A stretch of DNA of 64,000 nt from an uncultured delta proteobacterium (GTDB lineage: Bacteria; Desulfobacterota; Binatia; UBA9968): assembly GCA_963745835.1 (NCBI GenBank), contig CAVUZH010000015.1:160001-224000 (forward strand). Reading direction: 5' to 3'. This document shows, piece by piece, positions 52,255-61,898 of this stretch. The notes under the pieces were generated by a model that was given only the letters and a program-made list of their open reading frames with translations, did not search any database and was not told the origin of the DNA. The number at the start of each line of letters is the position of its first letter. Position 1 is the stretch's first letter. The translations under genes and the position numbers were made by a program.

Positions 52255-52734
52255 ATGCGCCGCTTGATAACCGGATTCAAAGTGGACGAGCACGGCGACT
52301 GGGTAGCTTTTCTGAACTGCGGCCACAGGCAGCATGTCAGGCATCGGCCGCCCTTCGAAGAACGGCCGTGGGTCATCAATGAAATCGAACGGACCAAGAA
52401 AATCGGTAACCCCATGGATTGTGTCAGGTGTGATCGGTTCGAAATGCCGGACGATTTTAAAGCCTACCGCAAGACCGCCGAATTCAACGAACGGACTGTA
52501 CCTCAGAGCCTGCGCAGAGACCACTCGACCAAGCCCGGGGTCTGGGCAAAGATCCAGGTGATCGAGGGAAAACTGAGCTATCGAATCGACGCTCTGGGCA
52601 CGCAGTTTGAGTTATCTCCTGGAGTACCCGGAATCGTCATTCCAGAGGTCCGGCACCATGTCGAACCGGTCGGGTCGGTGCGGTTCTTCGTCGAGTTCTA
52701 TCGAAGGCCCGTCAATGATAGCGAGGATGGATGA
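52255..52734 (+). CDS. DUF3565-DUF1971 (YeaR/TehB N-terminal cupin-like) fusion protein
   Basis: ITGF..DEHGDWVA.L.CGH.QHVRH.PP...RPWV..CVRC, then YRKT.EF...TVP..L...HSTKPGVW..I.V.EG.L..PEVRHHV. Confidence 0.75.
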   Translation: MRRLITGFKVDEHGDWVAFLNCGHRQHVRHRPPFEERPWVINEIERTKKIGNPMDCVRCDRFEMPDDFKAYRKTAEFNERTVPQSLRRDHSTKPGVWAKIQVIEGKLSYRIDALGTQFELSPGVPGIVIPEVRHHVEPVGSVRFFVEFYRRPVNDSEDG

Positions 52735-52783
52735 AGCATGGATGGAGGCGCTGGCGGCAGAGAAGTCATCGAGAGGAGGAATC

Positions 52784-53386
52784 GTGTTCGATTGGCTCAT
52801 GGGCTTTCAGAAGATGGGCGCACTCGGCCTTGTATTTTTAATGTTCGCCGAAAACGTTTTTCCACCCATTCCGTCGGAATTGATCATGCCGCTAGCGGGG
52901 TTTTCGGCGGCCCGCGGCGAGGGCAACTTGCTGATCGGCATAATCGCAGGATCCATCGGCTCACTGCTCGGAGCTCTTCTCTGGTACTACATTGGTAAAA
53001 AGATAGGCGCCCAAAGATTAGGGCGATGGGCTACAAAACATGGCCGCTGGCTCACGCTTTCACCGAAAGAGGTCGAGCAGGCGTGCGCCTGGTTTAATCG
53101 TCACGGCGGTAAAGCCGTCTTCATCGGCAGGCTTATCCCCGCGGTTCGAACCCTCATCTCCGTTCCAGCGGGCATTGCCGGGATGCCGCTTGCCTCGTTT
53201 CTTCTCTATTCCGCTACCGGCACAATCTTATGGACCGCACTCCTGGCAACGGCCGGTTACTTTCTCGAGAGCCAGTACGAAAAGGTAAGTCACTGGATGA
53301 ATCCTATTTCGAATGTGGTGATCGGATTAATCGTGCTCGGATATCTTTATCGGGTTGTAACATTCCGCCGCCGACAGCCCGGCTAG
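52784..53386 (+). CDS. DedA family membrane protein
   Basis: ENVFPPIPSELIMPLAG and GRLIPAVRTLISVPAG motifs; GAGGAGG RBS before GTG 52784. Confidence 0.93.
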   Translation: MFDWLMGFQKMGALGLVFLMFAENVFPPIPSELIMPLAGFSAARGEGNLLIGIIAGSIGSLLGALLWYYIGKKIGAQRLGRWATKHGRWLTLSPKEVEQACAWFNRHGGKAVFIGRLIPAVRTLISVPAGIAGMPLASFLLYSATGTILWTALLATAGYFLESQYEKVSHWMNPISNVVIGLIVLGYLYRVVTFRRRQPG

Positions 53387-53605
53387 GTCTGCGGCATTAC
53401 AGGGCAGTGTGACTAGATTTCTGCTGTATCAGACGCCAGCTATGAAGGAGGCCAAACTTTGGGCGGCAACTTGTTCCGGGTTGCGCATCAGCGGAAGTTG
53501 TTCTGCTGCCGCTTAACGACCCGAGTCGTGACACGATTAAATAAAAAGTAAGCGCAGTTAGCCACTGGTTCGATGGGGGATTTAGGGCGCCCTGTCGTCA
53601 GCAAG

Positions 53606-53800
53606 TCACTTTTGTGATGGTCTGGCCATCGTCTTAACTTCGTCGCTATGCAGGCCGAGCTTCTGCGCCTCCAGATTACAGGCATAGCACACGACCATAT
53701 CTAACAAGATTCGCCCAGAATCTTCCGTCCATACCCGATACGCTTTGTTGCTGAGGAGGATACCCTCACAATGATCGCAAGTTTCATCGGCTAAGTTCAT
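53606..53800 (-). CDS. Small CxxC...CxxC protein (64 aa)
   Basis: CDHC-x26-CYAC; preceded by a sigma54-type promoter. Confidence 0.6.
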   Translation of the reverse strand: MNLADETCDHCEGILLSNKAYRVWTEDSGRILLDMVVCYACNLEAQKLGLHSDEVKTMARPSQK

Positions 53801-53812
53801 GCAGCAGGGAGG

Positions 53813-53829
53813 CGCAAGACAGATGCCAC
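53813..53829 (-). promoter_or_regulatory. Sigma54 (-24/-12) promoter
   Basis: TGGCAT-CTGTC-TTGC, a near-consensus match. Confidence 0.7.
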
Positions 53830-54190
53830 GATTAAATCATCATTGACGCAAGAGATAATTTGGCAATCAAATAGAATGAAGCTCCGTTTCTAACCCTACT
53901 ATTAATCAGCAATGTAAAGCACGTGAAACGCGGTGTTTCGTTTCGTATCAGCTGTGGGAACTACGTTGTCTCTTTTCGATTTGGTCGCGCAACCATTTGC
54001 ACCCATGCCTCAGTCTACAAAGGCGGCTTAAGATGTCGATGAAGTAGCATCGACGCCCTGTCGCTGCACGGCTCCGCGCCTAGCTCGACGTTGCCTCGGG
54101 TTCATGCTAGCGTAGGCTCTCTTTGCACTTCCGGTCTCTTCTCCACATTTCGAAACGCCGCAAAAGAAAACTATCCTTGGATCAGCGACC

Positions 54191-55375
54191 TTGATGACCA
54201 CAGCAAAATCCCAGCGGCTGTGGACGCCTGGGTTCGCTCTACTATGTTGCGCGCAATTTTTTGGCTCGGCTCAACATGCGCTTCTGCAACCGACATTTCC
54301 GTTATACATCACCTCGTTAGGGGGTACTCCGTTGGAAGTGGGCCTGGTGCTCGCATGCTTTGCGGCAACCAGTGTCGTGTTCCGGCCGCTGATTGGCGGC
54401 TGGGCCGACAGTTGGTCTGAAACAGGCGTTCTCATTTCCGGGCTGCTTTTGTTATCCGCCGCGGTGATTTTCTGTTTCATTCCCTTTGTCGAAGCGACGA
54501 TGTTCGCCAACGCTTTGCGCGGCCTCGGTTGGGCAGGTTTGAGCGCCGCGGGCTATTCGCTCTTGGCTCTAAGCGCGCCGTCCGCACGACGCGGCGAAGC
54601 GTCCGGGTTTTACAGTGGCGTTCAAGCCAGCGGCACGATCTTGTTACCGGCCGTCGCTCTGTGGCTGATCGACGCGCCGTTTGGCGGTTTCCATACAGTT
54701 TTCACAGTGGCCATCGCGCTTGCCGCGCTTGGCGCAGGCACCGGCGCGATTCGCGCGCGCTACGTATCAGAACCAACTCATAAACACCATGCCGCTCCTT
54801 CCGCTCCCTGGTGGAAAGAAGTTTTGAGCGTCTTGGACCGCGAAATTATTCTCGCTTCGCTGCTTTCATTTAGCTCGCACGTGACCTTTCCGGCCGTGGC
54901 AAGCTTCCTGGTTCTTTACGCGCGAGAGATCGGCATCGACAACATCGGCTGGTTTTATGTTGCAACGGGTACGACGAGTCTGCTTGCTCGTCCCCTACTG
55001 GGAAAAGTTTCCGATCAGATCGGCCGGCGGCGCGCTTTGCTCGCCTGCTTTATCTTGCAAGCTGTCGCATTGTTGGCGTTGGCATTTGCTTCGAGTTTGC
55101 TCCAATTGATGATCCCCGGGACGCTCTACATGCTGGGTTTAGCCATGGCCAGCGCAACCACACTAGCTATTGCGATGGAGCAGGCAAAACCCGAGCGCAG
55201 AGGGAGAGCGATGGCGACTTTTTCCATCGCCCTCCCACTCAGTAACGGCGTTGGCGCGCTGATCTGCGGCAGCTTGCTTCAGGGGTTTGGATTTTTTTGG
55301 ATGTACGTCGCTGTTGCCGCGATCGCCGCAGCCGGCTTGTTGATCACCATCGCACAGCGGGCACACCTGAAATAA
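54191..55375 (+). CDS. MFS transporter
   Basis: 12-TM pattern; SDQIGRR and PERRGRAMA motifs. Confidence 0.9.
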   Translation: MMTTAKSQRLWTPGFALLCCAQFFGSAQHALLQPTFPLYITSLGGTPLEVGLVLACFAATSVVFRPLIGGWADSWSETGVLISGLLLLSAAVIFCFIPFVEATMFANALRGLGWAGLSAAGYSLLALSAPSARRGEASGFYSGVQASGTILLPAVALWLIDAPFGGFHTVFTVAIALAALGAGTGAIRARYVSEPTHKHHAAPSAPWWKEVLSVLDREIILASLLSFSSHVTFPAVASFLVLYAREIGIDNIGWFYVATGTTSLLARPLLGKVSDQIGRRRALLACFILQAVALLALAFASSLLQLMIPGTLYMLGLAMASATTLAIAMEQAKPERRGRAMATFSIALPLSNGVGALICGSLLQGFGFFWMYVAVAAIAAAGLLITIAQRAHLK

Positions 55376-55507
55376 CCCTCACTACGGATGGGCTAACCCA
55401 GTGACAACCGCATCATTGGCATCAGTGACTGGCAGTTAGATAAGATCATGCCATCGCCTGTATCACCAGGATACTACGAGATGGTGATGAATTTAGACCA
55501 AGAAGAA

Positions 55508-55545
55508 TTTTAGGTGGCTGTGTCTCACGACGCAGCCACCTAAAA
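55508..55545. terminator. Bidirectional terminator-like hairpin between convergent genes
   Basis: TTTTAGGTGGCTGTGTC-tcac-GACGCAGCCACCTAAAA. Confidence 0.7.
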
Positions 55546-55581
55546 CATGACGTATTTTAAATTTCTCAAACATGGACGTTT

Positions 55582-55709
55582 GAGGGCCGGCTCAAAAAGG
55601 TCCCAGATACGAGGCACGCGAAGATCGACGAGCGAAGGCGTACGTTGTAGTACGTTGGAGCCGAGTCGGCCAGCGTAACGACGCAGGTGGGCCTTTTTCA
55701 CCGGCGCTC
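55582..55709. repeat. MITE/REP-like element, copy 2
   Basis: Colinear with 49144-49269 (GCTCAAAA..GAGGC.CGCGAA.ATCG.CGAG..CGTAC..AGTACGTTG..AACG..CTTTTTCA). Confidence 0.8.
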
Positions 55710-56723
55710 CTCCAGCCACATCAACTTGGCCGGATTGTCCTTCAACATCACCTTCACTTCATCGGGTTTAATGCCGAACCCGAGCAGCGCGCGGATGAAG
55801 ACCCGCATACCGTCCACCGCATCCATGTGCAGCACTTGACCGAAGTCGCTGCCGATGATGCAACGGTCGGGACCGATTTCTTTGATCGTGCGAATGGTTT
55901 CCATCGGATCGGCAACGGGCTGGTAAAGACTCGGAATCATCGGTTGACAGTAGGTGCCGACATAAACGCCGAGATCGCGCAGCTGTTTCATCTCATCGAG
56001 TAGGAGTTTGTTCAACTCTAATAATGGATGATCCAAAGTCGCCCTGACGCCGATGTCTTTTGCCAGTCTTGCCAAGGGGAGTAATTCTTGAAAGTCGGTG
56101 TGGCCGAAGCCGATGCCGACCTTCTTTTCCGCTGCCATTTCCATGATCTCTTTAACTTCCGGCAACACTTTGCCGTCTTCGGCCACCAGTCGCACGCCTT
56201 CCTTTTCCGGATGGCCGGCGCCGCGCCAGAAGCCATAGGACGTGAAGGTTGGAAACCAGATCATCTTGAAATTAGGATACTGCAACCCGACCCGGACATA
56301 CTCGGGGCGCATGCCGAAGCACATGCCGACACCGCCGTAAACTTCAACTCGATGGGTAAGTTCGCCCCTGGTGATCATGTCATCGATGTAACGCTGCGTC
56401 AGATAGGCCGATGTTGCGCTGATGTTCCAGTGATCTTTAAAAGCGATGGCGCGCATGCCGCATTTGGAAGCCTCGATGGCGATCTGAATCATATCCTGCG
56501 AGCGGTGCACGAAGTCCGGAAAAGCATGGATATGACAGTCGATGGCTCCCTGCAGCAATTCGTTCTCTATACCCGGATAGATCTTTAGCATCTCCGGGTT
56601 GTCTTTGAGCATTTGATAAAAGTAGTCCTTGGCGTTGAGCTGGCGCACCCGTTCGACACTTAAAGTGCGGCCAACCATCAGTTGTTCCGCAGCCGCGGCG
56701 TCTGCAGCAAAATCACACATCAT
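55698..56723 (-). CDS. Amidohydrolase-fold metalloprotein (DUF6282-like)
   Basis: IDCHIH..PD, GMRAIAFKDH, GH, DHP and SDFGQ motifs; NPAKLM end. Confidence 0.8.
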   Translation of the reverse strand: MMCDFAADAAAAEQLMVGRTLSVERVRQLNAKDYFYQMLKDNPEMLKIYPGIENELLQGAIDCHIHAFPDFVHRSQDMIQIAIEASKCGMRAIAFKDHWNISATSAYLTQRYIDDMITRGELTHRVEVYGGVGMCFGMRPEYVRVGLQYPNFKMIWFPTFTSYGFWRGAGHPEKEGVRLVAEDGKVLPEVKEIMEMAAEKKVGIGFGHTDFQELLPLARLAKDIGVRATLDHPLLELNKLLLDEMKQLRDLGVYVGTYCQPMIPSLYQPVADPMETIRTIKEIGPDRCIIGSDFGQVLHMDAVDGMRVFIRALLGFGIKPDEVKVMLKDNPAKLMWLEERR

Positions 56724-56839
56724 CTCCTCCTTCTAATGACTGTTTCAGATTGTGGTACTGAGTGTTTTCTGCGGCGTTCGTGTTCTTGGCACTCGTGTTC
56801 GTCATCCGATCAACCAGTTCCAAAATCACGAGCACGTGG

Positions 56840-57847
56840 TCACGACTGTCCCCAGGCTTCCAGGAATCTCCTTGCGTCTTCCACCGGCTCGGTTACCGGC
56901 ACGTAAGGGATTACCATACGCGTCACCCCGGCTTTCTCGAATTCTGCCATTTTTTCTTTGATCTCTTCTACGTCGCTGGCAGGAACGACCGGCAATTTAT
57001 CCATGTAGTCGTCGGTCAACGCGCCCATCGCTGCTTTGAAGCCGCCTTTCTGAAACGCTTCGTGGATCGCGTTCACTTCTTTCTCGAATCCCATGCCACG
57101 CAACATATCACTGTAGTGATCGGCGATATTGTAAAACGTCAGCACCTGGCGCAGCTTGTTGCGCGCCGCCTGTTTGTCGGGATTAAGTGAAACTCGTGAC
57201 TTGGCAATGATCTCGATCTTACTTGGATCTCGGCCCGCTTCTGCAGCGCCCTCGCGCACCCGGGCGGCAATCTCTTTGACTTTTGCCGGAGTCGCCATGT
57301 TGATGAAAACACCGTCAGATACTTTTCCAACCAGTTTGGTCATCTGCGGCCCAAGGCCGGCCAAGTAAACCGGCACATTGGGATGGCCAGGCTTCCAGGA
57401 AAGCTGAAATCGTTTCCCCGTCTGATAAATCTCGCCTTCATATTCGACCCGCTCGCCGGCGGCAACTTTGCGGACGATGTCGATATATTCGCGCGCCCGC
57501 TTGAGCGGCCGGTCAAAAACCCCGCCATGCCACCCGGCAATGCTCTTATTCGCAACGCCTAGTCCGAGCAGCAATCTGCCGCCGGATAGGTCTTGCAAAG
57601 TTGCCGCTTGGATTCCCAAAGTGACCGGGCTGCGGCCGTAGATATGGTAAATTGCCGTGCCTAATTTAATCGTCTTGGTGCGGCTCGCCACCGCTGAAAG
57701 CATCACCAAGGGATCAGTGCTGTTCGATTCGCCTTTCCAGAAGGCGCCGAAGCCAACCTGCTCAGCCAAAACGACCAAGCCAGGCACATCGGCCGCGGGA
57801 TAGTGCGCCGCTGAATTTATTTCCACGTCGTAAATCATTTTTTGCAC
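56840..57847 (-). CDS. LLM-class (Mer-like) flavin/F420-dependent oxidoreductase
   Basis: AEQVGF..W.GE, IKLGTAI, SGGRLLLGLG and YLAGLGPQM motifs. Confidence 0.9.
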   Translation of the reverse strand: MQKMIYDVEINSAAHYPAADVPGLVVLAEQVGFGAFWKGESNSTDPLVMLSAVASRTKTIKLGTAIYHIYGRSPVTLGIQAATLQDLSGGRLLLGLGVANKSIAGWHGGVFDRPLKRAREYIDIVRKVAAGERVEYEGEIYQTGKRFQLSWKPGHPNVPVYLAGLGPQMTKLVGKVSDGVFINMATPAKVKEIAARVREGAAEAGRDPSKIEIIAKSRVSLNPDKQAARNKLRQVLTFYNIADHYSDMLRGMGFEKEVNAIHEAFQKGGFKAAMGALTDDYMDKLPVVPASDVEEIKEKMAEFEKAGVTRMVIPYVPVTEPVEDARRFLEAWGQS

Positions 57848-58000
57848 CCCTCAAGCTCGTCAACCCAAACCAAAAGCACGAGGTACAGTAGTCAGACGCA
57901 TTCGCTCAAGTCAATCATCGCGGCCACTAGTGCAGATTATTGACGAGTCCAGAAGAAGGACGAGACTGCGTCTATGTGAGGGACGGGCTGCCGGCGAATG

Positions 58001-58120
58001 GTTTCAAAACGTTCAAGGCGTTTAAGCCGTTCAACAACCCCTCCTTAATCCTCCCCCGCGATCGCCGGGGAGGAACAGGTGGGGGCTGGAACGATTTGAA
58101 ACATTTGAACGAATTGAGCG
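58001..58120. repeat. Composite palindrome: nonamer GTTCAA arms around a GC-rich hairpin
   Basis: Four GTTCAA-like units, CCCCTCCTTAATCCTCCCCCGCGATCGCCGGGGAGGAACAGGTGGGGG core, then four TTGAAC-like units. Confidence 0.75.
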
Positions 58121-58189
58121 ATACGCGTCACTGGCTCCTTGCCTTCACTCTGGAGAACTCGCATCTTGATCGCCGCTGAGTGAATCCGG

Positions 58190-59167
58190 TTACGGTTTTG
58201 ACGATCTCGCCTTGCGCGCAAGAACATCCAGTTCTTTTTTCAAATGGTGAGTACTGTCGATGAAACGATCCATCGTAGTCGCCGGCAGCAACGTCGGCTC
58301 GATGGGTTTGAGAATGGCGGAGTATTCCATGACTGTGGAAAAGGAGCTTCGATTGTCATAATCGGCCATCACGCCAAGCCCGATAACAGCGACGCTAACA
58401 GCAAGACCCGCCCATAACCGCGAACGGAACCACATCGAGGATGCCAAGCCAAGATGACCGTAAACCAAAGCCCCGAGAATCAAACCGGAACCGACGATGG
58501 CGGTAACCCACAGTGCCTGGCTCGTCGGAACGATAAACTCGATCCATTCCGCCGCGGTGCTGACCATCAGCGATACGATGATGGCCGCACAAGCCAGGAC
58601 AAAATGTTGTCCATAATGAAAGCGGTTTAAGACGATCCTGCTCACCAATGCCCACAAGCCTGCCCAGACCAGCACCATGGAAAATGTCATCAAGGCTTCG
58701 CTCAGGCTGCGCGCGATATTAAGCCGTTCGTAGCTGCCGAAAAAAGAATTCACTAGAATAACTCCCAGGAGAACGAAACCGCTTACCAAAGCGACGGCGG
58801 GAGAAGTAAACCATTTTATCATCCCTGCGCGATCGATCTCAGCGGGCGCTACCGCATGGGCGGTGTCGCAGTAGCGCAAATGGGTATGGCCGATTTGAAA
58901 TTCCGTGCCCGAGGCGAGAAGCAAGCTTGGCACCGGCTGGCCGCCGACAATCTCACGCAATCCGTTGACGGTGCCGACATCGCGCGCCTGCAGACGGCCG
59001 TTTTCGTCGTAACCGATCGTTAGATGCTCCGGACAAACAAATGGATCATCGAGAATGACATGATTGGTATAGGCACGGCCCAGTGTCAGCGGCAGGGATT
59101 GAACCGGGAAGCGCTGGGAAACCCTTCCCTTTGGATCAAGCACTTCAAGGTAACCTAGCGTCGCCAT
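58190..59167 (-). CDS. FHA-domain membrane protein
   Basis: LGRAYTNHVILDDPFVCPEH..DVGTVNG FHA pattern, then about 5 TM segments. Confidence 0.88.
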   Translation of the reverse strand: MATLGYLEVLDPKGRVSQRFPVQSLPLTLGRAYTNHVILDDPFVCPEHLTIGYDENGRLQARDVGTVNGLREIVGGQPVPSLLLASGTEFQIGHTHLRYCDTAHAVAPAEIDRAGMIKWFTSPAVALVSGFVLLGVILVNSFFGSYERLNIARSLSEALMTFSMVLVWAGLWALVSRIVLNRFHYGQHFVLACAAIIVSLMVSTAAEWIEFIVPTSQALWVTAIVGSGLILGALVYGHLGLASSMWFRSRLWAGLAVSVAVIGLGVMADYDNRSSFSTVMEYSAILKPIEPTLLPATTMDRFIDSTHHLKKELDVLARKARSSKP

Positions 59168-60450
59168 CTGATGTTTTCCATGTAACGGCGAGTCAGTGTT
59201 TGGACATTTTCAAAGCTCACACCTGATAAACTCAATGTGCTCACCAGGCCGACGTTGCGCGAGCCGATAGTCGCTGCCCTGAATACCGCATCGTACAATC
59301 CAGGTAACTTGACGTACTGACGCACGCACAATACAGCTCTGATTTTGCCGGATTGCACGCGCACATTTTTGGTTTCACAGCGAAATGGCGTCACCTCTTC
59401 TTCGTTGCCGGCTGTCGCGACACTGGCGGCTTGAAATTGAGCCGAATAGAGGGCGAAAAAGCGCAGTGGATCGAGTTCATCGGTGGAAAATAAATGATGC
59501 GAGAACCGGATTATCCCGGAAGACTGCTGGCTTGAAACGAACATGTAGTCGTCAGTCGAGCAGTCATGAGTGACGGCGACATAGGGAAGTTCTTTGCGGT
59601 GCAGCGCATCGGCCCAGCAGCGAAAGAATGGCGCGGGCCGGGTCGGTAACTCATAGGGACCGAGCGCCACCGTCGGCTTTGAGCTGGCGAACATACCCGA
59701 AAGATAAGCCGCTTGGTAAGCATCGATCTGCTGGCCCACTTCGGCGAGAAAACTCGCCGCCGGTCGAATCTCTGATTGAGCGGTTCTTTCCAGCAATGCA
59801 ATAACTCGCTCGACCGGAACCAGAAAGCTAATTTGCTCTCCTTCAGTGGCCACATTGACGCCGATGACCTTGCCGTCTTGCAGCAAGGTCGGGCCGCCAC
59901 TCATGCCGGGATTGAGCGAGCCGGTGAAATGAACTTTCGGATACAACGTGTGCTGCAGCAGTCCGTTATAAGTTCCTTCTACGATGGTCAGCCCTAAATC
60001 GCGCGGATGACCGAGAGAGTAGAGCCGCGCGCCCTGCTGCACCTGAGTGGTTTCGAGCTTGAGAAATCCTTTCGACGGCGGCCCTCCGCGCAGGACAGCA
60101 AGGTCATAAACAACGTCGAGCCCCACCACAGACACGGGACCCGTTTGGCCCTTGGCATTGGTAACTTCAATCCTGTAGCGTTCGGGCGCGTGAATCAGCT
60201 TGGAAATGACATGATAATTTGTGACGATGTCACCGCGTTGTGTCGCGTAGAATCCGGTACCGATCGAAGCTTTCGCCGCCGAACCGATCTCGACCACTTC
60301 GATCCTAACAACATGTTCCGAATATTGACGGAAGATGTCGGGCGTCGAGGCCGCAGTTGCTTGGGCCGACACGGAGTTACCGGTAGACAGCGACAACAAA
60401 AAAGCCATCGACAAAACACACCAGAAGATCAGCGCACTGTTTCTTTTCAT
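59155..60450 (-). CDS. Exported trypsin-like (S1C) serine protease without PDZ
   Basis: TNYHV, DLAVL and NPGMSGGP catalytic triad motifs; signal peptide. Confidence 0.9.
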   Translation of the reverse strand: MKRNSALIFWCVLSMAFLLSLSTGNSVSAQATAASTPDIFRQYSEHVVRIEVVEIGSAAKASIGTGFYATQRGDIVTNYHVISKLIHAPERYRIEVTNAKGQTGPVSVVGLDVVYDLAVLRGGPPSKGFLKLETTQVQQGARLYSLGHPRDLGLTIVEGTYNGLLQHTLYPKVHFTGSLNPGMSGGPTLLQDGKVIGVNVATEGEQISFLVPVERVIALLERTAQSEIRPAASFLAEVGQQIDAYQAAYLSGMFASSKPTVALGPYELPTRPAPFFRCWADALHRKELPYVAVTHDCSTDDYMFVSSQQSSGIIRFSHHLFSTDELDPLRFFALYSAQFQAASVATAGNEEEVTPFRCETKNVRVQSGKIRAVLCVRQYVKLPGLYDAVFRAATIGSRNVGLVSTLSLSGVSFENVQTLTRRYMENIRWRR

Positions 60451-60695
60451 CGTGAGTTTAATTGGGTGTTTTTTCGGTCGTGCGTCAAGCAAACGATGCT
60501 AACGCCGGCCGCAATCGCTAGTTCAGATACATACCCACTAACATTGTCCCCGCAATGACGGAAAAGATCGAACCTGCCTAACAAGACGGGACCAGATGCA
60601 GCCTAAGCGGAATGATTGATGACTACGACGTCTCTTGTGCCGAAAGCCGCATTGACTTTATTTTTCGTTCTCATTTTATTTCTTTATGGATCACG

Positions 60696-61898
60696 TCAGG
60701 GCGCCTGATCCGCAATTCCTATCACTTCCTCGGCGCGCAACTCTTCGATCGCCTGGTCGGAATAACCGAGCTCGCGCAAGATCGCACCCGTATGCTCGCC
60801 CACGAGTGGCGGCGGCAGCGAAGGAGATTCGGTGAAATTGCGGTATCGCACCGGCGCGCCGACAAACTCCATCCGACCGGCAATTGGATGCTCCACATTT
60901 TCAATGAGTTGGAGATGACGGACCTGCGGGTCGGCTAACGCCTCCGCGATATCGTGCAGCGGCACGACCGGAACATCGCGCGCTTCGAGGCAGCGCAACC
61001 ATTCTTCTCTGCTTTTGGTTTTAAATGTTGGTGCCAGGGCTTCTTCGAGGCATTCATAGTTTTGCCGTCGCGCATCTCGCGTAGCAAACCTTTGGTCGAC
61101 GGCAATGTCCATTCGTCCAGTCGCGTCCAACAACGCGAGCCAAAATTTCTCCGGCACGGAACAATGGATCGCCAGCGGCAACCCGTCCCCACATATGAAC
61201 GCAAAGGCGTGGGCGTTTTTAACCCGCGCCATCCGGTTCGGCACACTCCCGCTGCGCAAATAGCCCGCGGCGCTTTCGCCGATGAAAGAAAGTGTCGCCT
61301 GCAGCAGGGATGTTTCCACGCGGCAACCTTCGCCGGATTGGCCGCGCGCCAGCAACGCGCCGAGAATGCCGTAGCCCGCTGACATTCCGGTAATATAGTC
61401 CGAAAGGGCCATGCCCATCACCTTTGGATCGTCTGAATCATTGAGTAAGCTCAGCAATCCGCTAACAGCCTGCCCCAAGGTATCGAATCCCGGCTTATCG
61501 ACATACGGCCCGCTTTCACCGAAGGCGGAAATCGAACAGTAAACCAACCGCGGATTGAGCGCGCGGAGAGTTTCGTACGCCAAGCCCAAACGTTCAGCGG
61601 TTCCAGGACGAAAATTTTCGACGAAAACGTCCGCGCTTTTAAGCAGCTCGGAACAAATTTTTCTCCCATGCGCCGTTTTGAGATCGAGCACCAGGCTTTG
61701 TTTGTTCCGATTTAGATGCGCGAAATTGAAACTGTAATGCGGATCGGGAGCAAAATAACGGTACGGATCCCCTTGTGGCGGCGATTCGATCTTGATAACG
61801 CGAGCACCGAGGTTAGCCAACAACGCCGAAGCGTACGGACCGGTAACAAAGGTCGCGCACTCAAGAACGGTAACGTGTTGCAGGGCTTGGATCGGCAT
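60696..61898 (-). CDS. Class III CoA-transferase (CaiB/BaiF)
   Basis: GARVIKIE, NRNKQSL.LDLK, DVFVENFRPG and SISAFG motifs. Confidence 0.94.
   Translation of the reverse strand: MPIQALQHVTVLECATFVTGPYASALLANLGARVIKIESPPQGDPYRYFAPDPHYSFNFAHLNRNKQSLVLDLKTAHGRKICSELLKSADVFVENFRPGTAERLGLAYETLRALNPRLVYCSISAFGESGPYVDKPGFDTLGQAVSGLLSLLNDSDDPKVMGMALSDYITGMSAGYGILGALLARGQSGEGCRVETSLLQATLSFIGESAAGYLRSGSVPNRMARVKNAHAFAFICGDGLPLAIHCSVPEKFWLALLDATGRMDIAVDQRFATRDARRQNYECLEEALAPTFKTKSREEWLRCLEARDVPVVPLHDIAEALADPQVRHLQLIENVEHPIAGRMEFVGAPVRYRNFTESPSLPPPLVGEHTGAILRELGYSDQAIEELRAEEVIGIADQAP

Noticed and set aside
58001-58120. Periodic repeats here and at 25108-25237 as CRISPR arrays
   Set aside because: Units are 7-9 nt and inverted, with no unique spacers and no cas genes
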